DNA from: Calditrichia bacterium
GTDB lineage: Bacteria; Calditrichota; Calditrichia; RBG-13-44-9; J075
DNA: 64,000 nucleotides
Direction: 5' to 3'
Assembly (NCBI GenBank): GCA_050633245.1
Contig: JBOEGD010000024.1
Location: forward strand, 266,846 to 330,845
The translations under genes and the position numbers were made by a program. The stretch's first letter is position 1; every line of letters starts with the position of its first letter. Below the pieces are notes generated by a model. That model was not told where the DNA came from. It made no database searches and worked only from the letters and a program-made list of their open reading frames with translations. Below are positions 47,615 to 55,187 of the stretch, piece by piece.

Positions 47615-48466
47615 ATGAAGAAGACCTGCCATAACTTGTTAATTTTCCTCGTTCTCTTAGTGGGCGTTGCTCTCTTGCAGGCACAGGACGTTCCTGATAG
47701 CCTGGTTATAGCTGAACCGGTAGATAGTTCCACCTATCTTGAGCCGTCTTCTCGCGAAAAAGGTAAGGCTGATGGACAAATATGGATTTGGGAAAATGCC
47801 GAACAATTCGAAGTACCGTTGAGCATATCGTTTACCTTACCAATAGATCCGAAACTTTTATCTGCACCAAAACTGAAACGCTTTCAATTCAAGCCGGAAT
47901 CATCTTACCAGTTTAACAGTCATTCTGACTTTTTGACAAACGAGTCTGAATTTCTGCGCTCATCTGTGGCCGCACAGAAAACGCATCATTTTACGCTGCC
48001 AGTCAGTGAAGTTGTCAGCTTGCTTTCTTCATTCCGCGGTAAGGATAAGAAAAAAACTGCTGACGATGTTCCAAGAGGTCTGGTTCTTTCCGAAACGGAA
48101 CTGGATATGCTGAATATCGTTTGGAAAAAGCCGGATATTTCACCCGTCGATTGGTATATGGCCTGCTCAACAGATGAAGAGTTTCCCGGGACATATACCA
48201 CTTTTCAGCAGATCCTGGATGGATTTATCGCACGTGGTTTGGTAAAGAAGAGAGTTATTACTCTCGGCTTCTTCGATCGCTTTAAGGATCGAGAAGAGCG
48301 TTATACTGCTATTTTTTCCTCGAAAGTTCTTAAGATGGCCTTTGCTGATGCTTTTGCAACCAGCGATGCGCTTTCTAAAGGTGCCTACCATTTTCAACTG
48401 CAGCGCATGCTGACCTATCTCGAACATAGCGAATATCCGCTTAATAGTATCAATTCCCCACAATAA
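47615..48466 (+). CDS. Protein with an N-terminal signal/anchor sequence and a C-terminal BlaI/MecI/CopY-like winged-helix domain
   Basis: 283 aa starting MKKTCHNLLIFLVLLVGVALLQAQD. Residues ~150-250 (LSETELDMLNIVWKKPDISPVDWY...TYTTFQQILDGFIARGLVKKR) fit the BlaI-family pattern. Confidence 0.45.
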   Translation: MKKTCHNLLIFLVLLVGVALLQAQDVPDSLVIAEPVDSSTYLEPSSREKGKADGQIWIWENAEQFEVPLSISFTLPIDPKLLSAPKLKRFQFKPESSYQFNSHSDFLTNESEFLRSSVAAQKTHHFTLPVSEVVSLLSSFRGKDKKKTADDVPRGLVLSETELDMLNIVWKKPDISPVDWYMACSTDEEFPGTYTTFQQILDGFIARGLVKKRVITLGFFDRFKDREERYTAIFSSKVLKMAFADAFATSDALSKGAYHFQLQRMLTYLEHSEYPLNSINSPQ

Positions 48467-48557
48467 AAAAATTGTCTCTTTGAATAATTCTTGACTTACT
48501 ATGGGTATAGAATTAAATTGTTTGTGAAATATTTCTCATGTAATTCCCGGAGAAACT

Positions 48558-49469
48558 ATGCGATACGTTCTTCTGTTTTTATTTCTAGTCTCATGTATTT
48601 TTTCCTGTAGCAGTGATGGGCCAAGTAAGAGTGAAAGCGATTCCGATCCCCAGCCCACCGGAAGCATTTATAGTGGCTTTCGCGCCTCGCGAATTTTAGG
48701 TAGCTATCCAAACAATCAGTTTCCCAATCAGGCTTATTGGCAACGAGCCGGGGAGACGCTGGCCTCAAAGTTTGATGATGCCATCCCGGCTGGTATATGG
48801 ATTGTGAGCCTCTATCAGTCCAATGGAGAAACTCGGATGAACTTCCAGGCGCTTGGAGAAAATCTTCCATTTGTCTCTTTTGCGTCCTTCGATCAAAATG
48901 AAGCTTTTTTAACTCACTTCGATAATGTTGGGCTAAAGGTGTGGCTACAGGTAGAGCCGGGGAATGCAAATGTAGACAGCCTGATACACTTGGTTATGGG
49001 GCGCTACGGTCAGCACCCCTGTGTTATAGGATTTGGTGTTGATGTCGAATGGCATCAACCACCTGTCGATCCGCTCGGCCTGGCGGTTACGGATGAAATG
49101 GCCGAGCGCTGGGAAAACACGTTAAAGTCAATAAATCCTGACTATTCTCTTTTTCTGAAGCACTTTACCCAAAGCCGTATGCCGCCAACCTATCGCGGTG
49201 ATATTCTTTTTGTGAATGACAGCCAGGGCTTTACGTTTGCATCGAATCCTTTCAACGCTATGATTAGTGAGTTTGATGCCTGGGGGAGAGCGTTTGAACC
49301 GAATCCGGTAGGCTTTCAATATGGCTATCCCAATGATATGGTATGGTGGTCTCCGTTTGCCGATCCGCATCAAGAAATAGGCAGCGCGCTGCTGCAGTTT
49401 ATTGATAATACAGAAGGACTGTTCTGGGTCGATTTTACCCTGGACGATATTATACCGGTGAATCCCTAA
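48558..49469 (+). CDS. Lipoprotein, function unknown (possibly TIM-barrel glycosidase-like)
   Basis: 303 aa with the lipobox LVSCIFSCSS. No catalytic motif was recognised with confidence. Confidence 0.45.
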   Translation: MRYVLLFLFLVSCIFSCSSDGPSKSESDSDPQPTGSIYSGFRASRILGSYPNNQFPNQAYWQRAGETLASKFDDAIPAGIWIVSLYQSNGETRMNFQALGENLPFVSFASFDQNEAFLTHFDNVGLKVWLQVEPGNANVDSLIHLVMGRYGQHPCVIGFGVDVEWHQPPVDPLGLAVTDEMAERWENTLKSINPDYSLFLKHFTQSRMPPTYRGDILFVNDSQGFTFASNPFNAMISEFDAWGRAFEPNPVGFQYGYPNDMVWWSPFADPHQEIGSALLQFIDNTEGLFWVDFTLDDIIPVNP

Positions 49470-49483
49470 ACGTTAGGATTTCT

Positions 49484-50485
49484 ATGCAACGGATTTCAAG
49501 AGCACTACCGTTTTATCTTGCGTTATATGGAATCGTTACCGCGATGGCCATTTGGATAATCCAGTCATCTTATTTCCGAATCAGCCCGGATGCGCTCTCG
49601 CTTGGCCTTACTTTGGACCTGACTCTGTTACTGCCAGCAGCATATTTTTTTCTCGCTCGCCGCTCATCATTACCAGTCTACGGAACGCTGCCCGTTTTCA
49701 TCTTGTCATTTTTCCTGGCCTCTTATCTTCTTCCTGCCGATCGACAAAATTATCTCGCCTTTGTTGAAATTGCGGTAATCCCGCTTGAACTGGGTATTTT
49801 GTTTTTGGTAGGTCGTGAGGTAAAGCGCACGCTTGCCATACTTCGCAATACTGGCCGAGCGCAGACGATCGGATTTCGTGAACATGCTCAAAACATAATC
49901 AGCAATCGTGTAGACTCTCCTGTAGTAGCTTCAATAATGGCGACTGAGCTTTCAATGTTCTATTATGCTCTTAACGGATGGAGAACAGCAGCGGAAAAAC
50001 CAGATTCCTCTTGTGGCTTTAGCTATCACAAGCGAAATGCGTATGCTTCAATTGTTGGCGTTGTGTTTGTCTTGGTGATTGTTGAGAGTGTTGCGGCACA
50101 TCTTCTAATTGCGCACTGGAGTCCGATTCTTGCCTGGGGAATTCACTTTCTGGGTTTGTATGCAATGCTGTTTATCTTTGCAGACTATTTTGCCGTAAAG
50201 CTACGCCCGTTATTCATTCACAATAATATGCTGCATTTGCGATTGGGTTTTCGCTGGGCCTGTCAAATTCCACTGGAGCAGATTGAGCGGGTCGAGCTAA
50301 CATTTAAGGCCCTTTCAAAAGCAAAAAACCATCTTGATGCTACGTTGATGGGAACTCCCAATCTAATTCTGCACTTGAGCTCACCGGTTAATGTCTCAGG
50401 GCTATACGGCATGCAGCGAAAACCTGATACCATTCAGTTGTCAGTAGATGAACCGGGAGCTTTTAAGCAGGCGCTTGATAGCTAA
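49484..50485 (+). CDS. Integral membrane protein, function unknown
   Basis: 333 aa with about 6 hydrophobic helices plus a soluble C-terminal ~90 aa. Confidence 0.5.
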   Translation: MQRISRALPFYLALYGIVTAMAIWIIQSSYFRISPDALSLGLTLDLTLLLPAAYFFLARRSSLPVYGTLPVFILSFFLASYLLPADRQNYLAFVEIAVIPLELGILFLVGREVKRTLAILRNTGRAQTIGFREHAQNIISNRVDSPVVASIMATELSMFYYALNGWRTAAEKPDSSCGFSYHKRNAYASIVGVVFVLVIVESVAAHLLIAHWSPILAWGIHFLGLYAMLFIFADYFAVKLRPLFIHNNMLHLRLGFRWACQIPLEQIERVELTFKALSKAKNHLDATLMGTPNLILHLSSPVNVSGLYGMQRKPDTIQLSVDEPGAFKQALDS

Positions 50486-50560
50486 TTCATCTCTTTTTTT
50501 GATTTTCTATTAAAAAAGACACTTCCTACCTAATTCTTTTGTGATTCACTAGTATCTTAA

Positions 50561-50585
50561 AACCGCGTTTAAACGCGGTTTTTTG
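50561..50585 (+). terminator. Rho-independent terminator
   Basis: AACCGCG-TTTAAA-CGCGGTT forms a perfect stem flanked by an upstream A-run and a downstream T6 run. Confidence 0.8.
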
Positions 50586-50755
50586 TTTTGTAAACATGTT
50601 GTACAACCTGAATGATACATAAGTGCAAAAACTTGCGACACCAGTGAAAGACTTTGCACCCCCGAAAAGATATCTTGTTAGCGTCACGTTGATGACAGAT
50701 TTGAAAATGAAAACAAACACGTCAAAACATTTTAGTTCTAACAGGAGATTTAACA

Positions 50756-51514
50756 ATGAAACGTTTAGCAATCTTTCTTTACACGGCAGTCGCATATGTA
50801 GGTTTTTTTGCAATCTTTGGATATTGGGTCGACTTTCTTCTCGGATTTCTGGTACCTAAAAATGTCAACACCGGAGCAGCCGTTTCTGTCTTCGAAGCAG
50901 TTACTGTAAACCTTGGCCTTCTGGCACTCTTCGGCCTGCAGCATAGCATAATGGCACGCAAGCCTTTCAAGGAAGCAATCACCCGCTTTATTCCAAAAGA
51001 AATTGAACGAAGCACTTATGTTTTTGCCACAATAGCCGTTTTGGCCTTGATGTTCTGGCAATGGCGTCCGATGCCAACAGTTATCTGGAGCCTCGAGAAC
51101 CCGACTGCAATCTGGATGATGTACGGTCTGTTTGCACTTGGTTGGGGAATTCTGGTATTATCAACATTCCTGATCAATCACTTTAACCTGTTCGGAATTG
51201 AGCAGGGTGTTATGCAACTGCTTGGTAAGGACATAAAGGATGCACCGTTCGTAATGCCTTTCCTGTACAAGATAGTACGTCACCCGATGATGACCGGTGT
51301 TCTGATTGCTCAGTGGGCAACGCCGTATATGACGGTTGGACATATGATGTTTGCGGCCGGAATGTCGGTTTACATACTCATTGGAATTCACTATGAAGAG
51401 AAGGATTTGGAGAAGGATTTTGGGCAGACATATCGCGAGTATAAGCAGGACGTACCGAAGTTGGTGCCGGGATTTAGTGGAAAGAAGCCAACAAAGACAG
51501 TTGTATCAGCCTAA
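50756..51514 (+). CDS. Membrane methyltransferase of the ICMT/PEMT superfamily (MddA-like)
   Basis: 252 aa with 4-5 TM helices. LFGLQHSIMARKPFK and VRHPMMTGVLIAQW match the pattern I recall for methanethiol S-methyltransferase-type proteins. AGGAG lies upstream. Confidence 0.55.
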   Translation: MKRLAIFLYTAVAYVGFFAIFGYWVDFLLGFLVPKNVNTGAAVSVFEAVTVNLGLLALFGLQHSIMARKPFKEAITRFIPKEIERSTYVFATIAVLALMFWQWRPMPTVIWSLENPTAIWMMYGLFALGWGILVLSTFLINHFNLFGIEQGVMQLLGKDIKDAPFVMPFLYKIVRHPMMTGVLIAQWATPYMTVGHMMFAAGMSVYILIGIHYEEKDLEKDFGQTYREYKQDVPKLVPGFSGKKPTKTVVSA

Positions 51515-51575
51515 AACTAAACCGGAATTTGCGGCTGGCAAATTGTCAGCGGCCTAAATTTGATAAGGGAAAAAA

Positions 51576-52085
51576 ATGCTACACGATATAATCGAAGTTC
51601 TTAGCGTAGAATCTGTAGCTTCCGACGCAGTCGAAGCTACACGGGTAGAGAACCACAATAATAAAGAGAACATTGAGTCAGTTTCTGCGCAAAATAATTC
51701 ACTAAACGGATTTCTAAATATTACCGAGTCAGACAATGTGCTGTTTCACGTTTCGCCGTTAAATGAACGAATGCCGCAGCTGTTCGACGCACTACTTGCC
51801 TCAAGCTGTAGCCTGCTAATTCCTGAGCGCTCCTCAAATATGAAGGATCTTGCAAGGTTGATTGCGGAAAATGAGGTAAACCTTGTTGTCATTGAGTCGA
51901 AAGACTGGCGGGAGCTGAGCGATAAGTTAAATTTTGAGCAACCTTCGGTACAACGGATGCGCTTAATTTTGCTTGATGATGGCGGAACCTTTGTGCAGCG
52001 TTTTGGACTGATGTTGCGATCCTTGTCTGCCGAAAAAGGAAATGATCCCTATGCCGCCTATCGTTTGGCACGAGGGGTAAGATGA
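51576..52085 (+). CDS. Hypothetical protein resembling an isolated fragment of an adenylate-forming (AMP-binding) enzyme
   Basis: 169 aa. NVLFHVSPLNERMPQLFDALLASSCSLLIPERSSNMKDLARLIAENEVNLVVI parallels the A2-A3 region of adenylation domains, but no AMP-binding core motifs are present. Confidence 0.35.
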   Translation: MLHDIIEVLSVESVASDAVEATRVENHNNKENIESVSAQNNSLNGFLNITESDNVLFHVSPLNERMPQLFDALLASSCSLLIPERSSNMKDLARLIAENEVNLVVIESKDWRELSDKLNFEQPSVQRMRLILLDDGGTFVQRFGLMLRSLSAEKGNDPYAAYRLARGVR

Positions 52086-52169
52086 GAATGCCATAGATTC
52101 ATTGAATCTTTGGCAGGGAGAGATGAGCGGTGCTTTGGGAGGATTTCCGGAGTTGCCGCTTATTTCATT

Positions 52170-52685
52170 TTATTCCTTCCCAATTGCTTCGTTTTCCATA
52201 ATAAGCGGAATAAACAGGCTTCCGACAAGAACAGGGAAAGAACTCCACCATATCATGTTGCCCAATAGCTCTGCTGACGAGATCAAATCCAGTCTTCCCA
52301 ACATATAAGCCCAATCGTGCCTTCCATTACCGAGAAGCTGTAAGCGCTGATAGGGGGCATCTGCAACATAAACGCTGATGTTTATCAAATTTTGCCCCAG
52401 CCAGAAAACAAAAAGTTGAACCGCAGTCCTATAACCATTTATAAAAAAGTGGACGATCAAGAGGATAGGGAAGATGAGCTGCATGAGTGTACCGCCCAGG
52501 AAGTGCATAAACTCGCCAAAAAAACTAAAGAAAAAATGACCTGCTTCGTGAATAATCAAATCTGCATATCCGAGAATTGTGAACGCATTCCGATCACTTA
52601 GCAAGTAAAGTGCACAGGGTAATAGTAGGGCAGAGAGCCACCATTTGCTATAAGGCTGCATTCCGGTGTAGTAAATAACGGGCAT
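52170..52685 (-). CDS. Membrane protein with an HExxH motif (putative intramembrane zinc metallopeptidase)
   Basis: 171 aa with 5 hydrophobic helices. IIHEAGHFFFSFFG lies in or next to a TM helix. Confidence 0.5.
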   Translation of the reverse strand: MPVIYYTGMQPYSKWWLSALLLPCALYLLSDRNAFTILGYADLIIHEAGHFFFSFFGEFMHFLGGTLMQLIFPILLIVHFFINGYRTAVQLFVFWLGQNLINISVYVADAPYQRLQLLGNGRHDWAYMLGRLDLISSAELLGNMIWWSSFPVLVGSLFIPLIMENEAIGKE

Positions 52686-52849
52686 ATTCTAATCCTGACT
52701 CTTATTGATTGCTCAATAAATTAACGAGATTAGCGGCATAAAATCCGATCTGGCGCAAGCCCCTTCGAACTCATATTTTAGCTTTGCAATATTATTGCTT
52801 ATATTGCAGAGAATTCCAGCCGATTTCAGCTGGTTAAACCGGAGCCTGC

Positions 52850-53275
52850 ATGACCATAGAACCATCATTGTTTTCCAGAACTTTGGGAGCGGGCGTAGCT
52901 GCTTTGGGGCTTTATTTTCTGGGAATGTCAGCTGGGGTATTTGAAATTGAGCCCGGACGGTTACATGCTCCCGTCTGGGTGCTTGGAGTAGTTGGGATAA
53001 TTACCGTGGCAGTTGGGATTGCTTTGCTGACATCGCGTTGGAGTCAGCTGAGACTGATAATGGTTGCCTTTATTTTGTTCGGCTTTATCGCGCTTAGCGC
53101 ATGGATGATTTTTTGGGTAGACCCTGAGAGTATTAGTGGCGGGTTGCCGTTTATCTCTGCATGGACAAATGGTATTATTGCCAAAGTTTTGGTTGGGATC
53201 GGATTTTTATTTTACCCTGCAATGCTTAAGCAGTTGTTTCTTGAAATTCGTAATGGTGCACGAAAACAGCAATAG
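52850..53275 (+). CDS. Small integral membrane protein (4 TM), function unknown
   Basis: 141 aa, almost entirely hydrophobic helices. Confidence 0.5.
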   Translation: MTIEPSLFSRTLGAGVAALGLYFLGMSAGVFEIEPGRLHAPVWVLGVVGIITVAVGIALLTSRWSQLRLIMVAFILFGFIALSAWMIFWVDPESISGGLPFISAWTNGIIAKVLVGIGFLFYPAMLKQLFLEIRNGARKQQ

Positions 53276-53281
53276 AAATAT

Positions 53282-53309
53282 GGCCTCTCCAATGCAGACT
53301 GAAGAGGCC
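53282..53309. terminator. Weak hairpin between convergent genes
   Basis: GGCCTCT (53282-88) pairs with AGAGGCC (53303-09) around a 14-nt loop. It lies between the stop of 52850-53275 (+) and the stop of the micropeptide gene (-). Confidence 0.3.
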
Positions 53310-53315
53310 GGTTTG

Positions 53316-53471
53316 TTAATTACATTCGCTTGCTGTGTCGACACACTCGGTCGGTGAGCAGCAACCAAGTGGGCAATCTTCACTGACGGTATCATTTGAT
53401 GAGGCACCGATAGCAAGGCTTCCCAAAGCGAGCATTCCGATAGCGAGTACTGCAAATAGTTTCGTTTTCAT
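53316..53471 (-). CDS. Secreted Cys-rich micropeptide (51 aa), not in the supplied ORF track
   Basis: My translation of the reverse strand is MKTKLFAVLAIGMLALGSLAIGASSNDTVSEDCPLGCCSPTECVDTASECN*. AAAGGAG lies 5 nt upstream of the ATG (start codon complement at 53469-53471). It has a typical Sec signal with an AxA site, and the predicted mature ~26-28-aa acidic peptide contains 5 Cys. It starts 58 nt downstream of the anti-sigma gene on the same strand. Confidence 0.55.
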   Translation of the reverse strand: MKTKLFAVLAIGMLALGSLAIGASSNDTVSEDCPLGCCSPTECVDTASECN

Positions 53472-53529
53472 TTGTTCTCCTTTAAATCAACTTAGTAAGT
53501 GGTTTGCATTGCGGCTGGCCAAGCTGCTT

Positions 53530-54369
53530 TTATTTTGATGCATCGATTAATATTTCAAGTTCTTTGGCGGGCAGCGACCCGACTACGATAACTTGCCCGT
53601 TTGGCTGATTCCAGCGAATGACTGAAACTCCGTTTTTTAGAAGCTGCTCACATTCAACTCCGGTAATCACTTTTTTTTCGAGCAACTCTGGTGGAAGATT
53701 ATACTGGACGCCGTTTTTTTGCTGTAGAATAGCAACTGTATTGTCAGCAATTTTGCATTCTAACAAAATGCTCTTTCCATCGGCTGAACTGAAAATGCGT
53801 TGCTTAATACTGGCGCAGTGTAGCTGGAGCGAAGTAAGAAGCTCGGCATTATAGAACTGTTGTAAGCAACAATCGCCTAATGAGATAGGAATAACTCCCT
53901 GAGATTGATAAAACGCCTCTCGCAGGTCCGGCTCGTGGAAGGCGTTAATTAAGCCGGTTAGGTCGAACGAGGAAGAACTTTGGATAGAGATGCCCGAATT
54001 AATTGGAATCGTCCGTCCCTTCCACCAAAAAATAATTGACGTGCTTAGCAGGAGAGTACAAGCCATTGCCCAGCCTATATGTCGCCAATTGCCAGCGCGA
54101 ACTTTCCCTGATTGAGGATGGTCTATTTTGTTAACCAATTTCTTCCATGCGAGGTCTTTGGATAGCGCTCCATCTTCGGCTGATGGACTATACCCGGCTT
54201 TGATATGCGTACTTAGTTCTCGCATGCTCTCCAGATTCAGCCGACATGTCTCACACTGATCTATGTGGCTCTGCATTTTTATTGTCAGTGACTTTTCCAG
54301 CTGCTGTTCAGAATACAGTTTTAACCACTTCTGAAGGCGAAGATGATCAATATATGTTTTTACGTTCAT
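53530..54369 (-). CDS. Anti-sigma factor (zf-HC2) with one TM and an extracytoplasmic domain
   Basis: 279 aa with the HxxxCxxC motif HIDQCETC near the N-terminus and the TM helix IGWAMACTLLLSTSIIFWW. It has a 4-nt overlap with the sigma gene. Confidence 0.65.
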   Translation of the reverse strand: MNVKTYIDHLRLQKWLKLYSEQQLEKSLTIKMQSHIDQCETCRLNLESMRELSTHIKAGYSPSAEDGALSKDLAWKKLVNKIDHPQSGKVRAGNWRHIGWAMACTLLLSTSIIFWWKGRTIPINSGISIQSSSSFDLTGLINAFHEPDLREAFYQSQGVIPISLGDCCLQQFYNAELLTSLQLHCASIKQRIFSSADGKSILLECKIADNTVAILQQKNGVQYNLPPELLEKKVITGVECEQLLKNGVSVIRWNQPNGQVIVVGSLPAKELEILIDASK

Positions 54370-54974
54370 CTTTCTCCTCTTAGATCTGTCTCATCGATAT
54401 TACGCTTTATGAGAATCTTTTTCATCTGCTTGTACCCACGACTTAATCGCGACGCTACAGTCCCCATGGATATCTCTAAAATTTGGGAAATTTCACTATA
54501 GCTAAATTCCTCGATATCCCGTAGGATAATTACTGCCCGATACGTCGGTTTAACCTGATTGAGCGTTTGCTGCAGGATGTTATTAAGCGGTGCATCAATT
54601 GTTCGCTTTTCGCTGGTAAAGTAATCGAACGTATTGCCGGGAATTTCCTTTAACCTGCGGAGCTTTTTCCAGCGCAAGTGATCCAGCGTTTTGTTCATTG
54701 TAATTCGATATACCCAGGTTGTAATTGCAGCTTCATTTCTGAAAAACGCCAACTTTTTGTGGAGCTTTAAAAAGACGTCCTGTGCGATATCTTCTGCTTC
54801 CTGAACAGATTGCGTCATTTGATAGGCGATGTGGTAAACGGTGGGGTAGTGCTGATCGAAAAGTACGCGCAGATCGACGAACATTGTGTCCCGGTTACTT
54901 TTATTCTTGCGGTCCGCATTCGTATATGTATGAATCGCTTGTTTAAGAGGCATATTCCCCGCACTGCCTGGCAA
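54366..54974 (-). CDS. ECF-type RNA polymerase sigma-70 factor
   Basis: The region 2 pattern is YHIAYQMTQSVQEAEDIAQDVFLKL...W.YRI. Region 4 contains the HTH SYSEISQILEISMGTVASRLSRG. The start is ambiguous (54974, 54953 or 54884). Confidence 0.85.
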   Translation of the reverse strand: MPGSAGNMPLKQAIHTYTNADRKNKSNRDTMFVDLRVLFDQHYPTVYHIAYQMTQSVQEAEDIAQDVFLKLHKKLAFFRNEAAITTWVYRITMNKTLDHLRWKKLRRLKEIPGNTFDYFTSEKRTIDAPLNNILQQTLNQVKPTYRAVIILRDIEEFSYSEISQILEISMGTVASRLSRGYKQMKKILIKRNIDETDLRGER

Positions 54975-55124
54975 TTTTTCGTTTGTTGTTCTCTTACATC
55001 TATTAGACGAGCTTAGATAAAAAATCTTCCCATTTTTTTCGAAAATACCGAAATTTCATGTTTAGATGCTGTAAGACCGGGGTGGCGTTACTATTTTGAG
55101 CGTTTGCCTGATAGTTGGAAATGT

Positions 55125-55183
55125 GGGGGCAGACTGGAGCAGTTTGGGGGCAGACTGGAGCAGTTTTGAAAACTGCTCCAGTC
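55125..55183. repeat. Palindromic tandem repeat element, locus B (2 forward + 1 inverted copy of core GACTGGAGCAGTTTT)
   Basis: GCAGACTGGAGCAGTTT (55129-45) and GCAGACTGGAGCAGTTTT (55150-67) are each preceded by GGGGG, followed by AAAACTGCTCCAGTC (55169-83). This is the reverse-complement arrangement of locus A. Confidence 0.85.
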
Positions 55184-55187
55184 ATTT

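Noticed and set aside
54975-55124. ECF-type autoregulated promoter (GGAAC-N16/17-CGT) upstream of the sigma gene
   Set aside because: On the - strand only a weak CAAAC ... CGCC candidate is visible. I could not find a convincing -35 GAAC/-10 CGT pair by eye, so no promoter is called.
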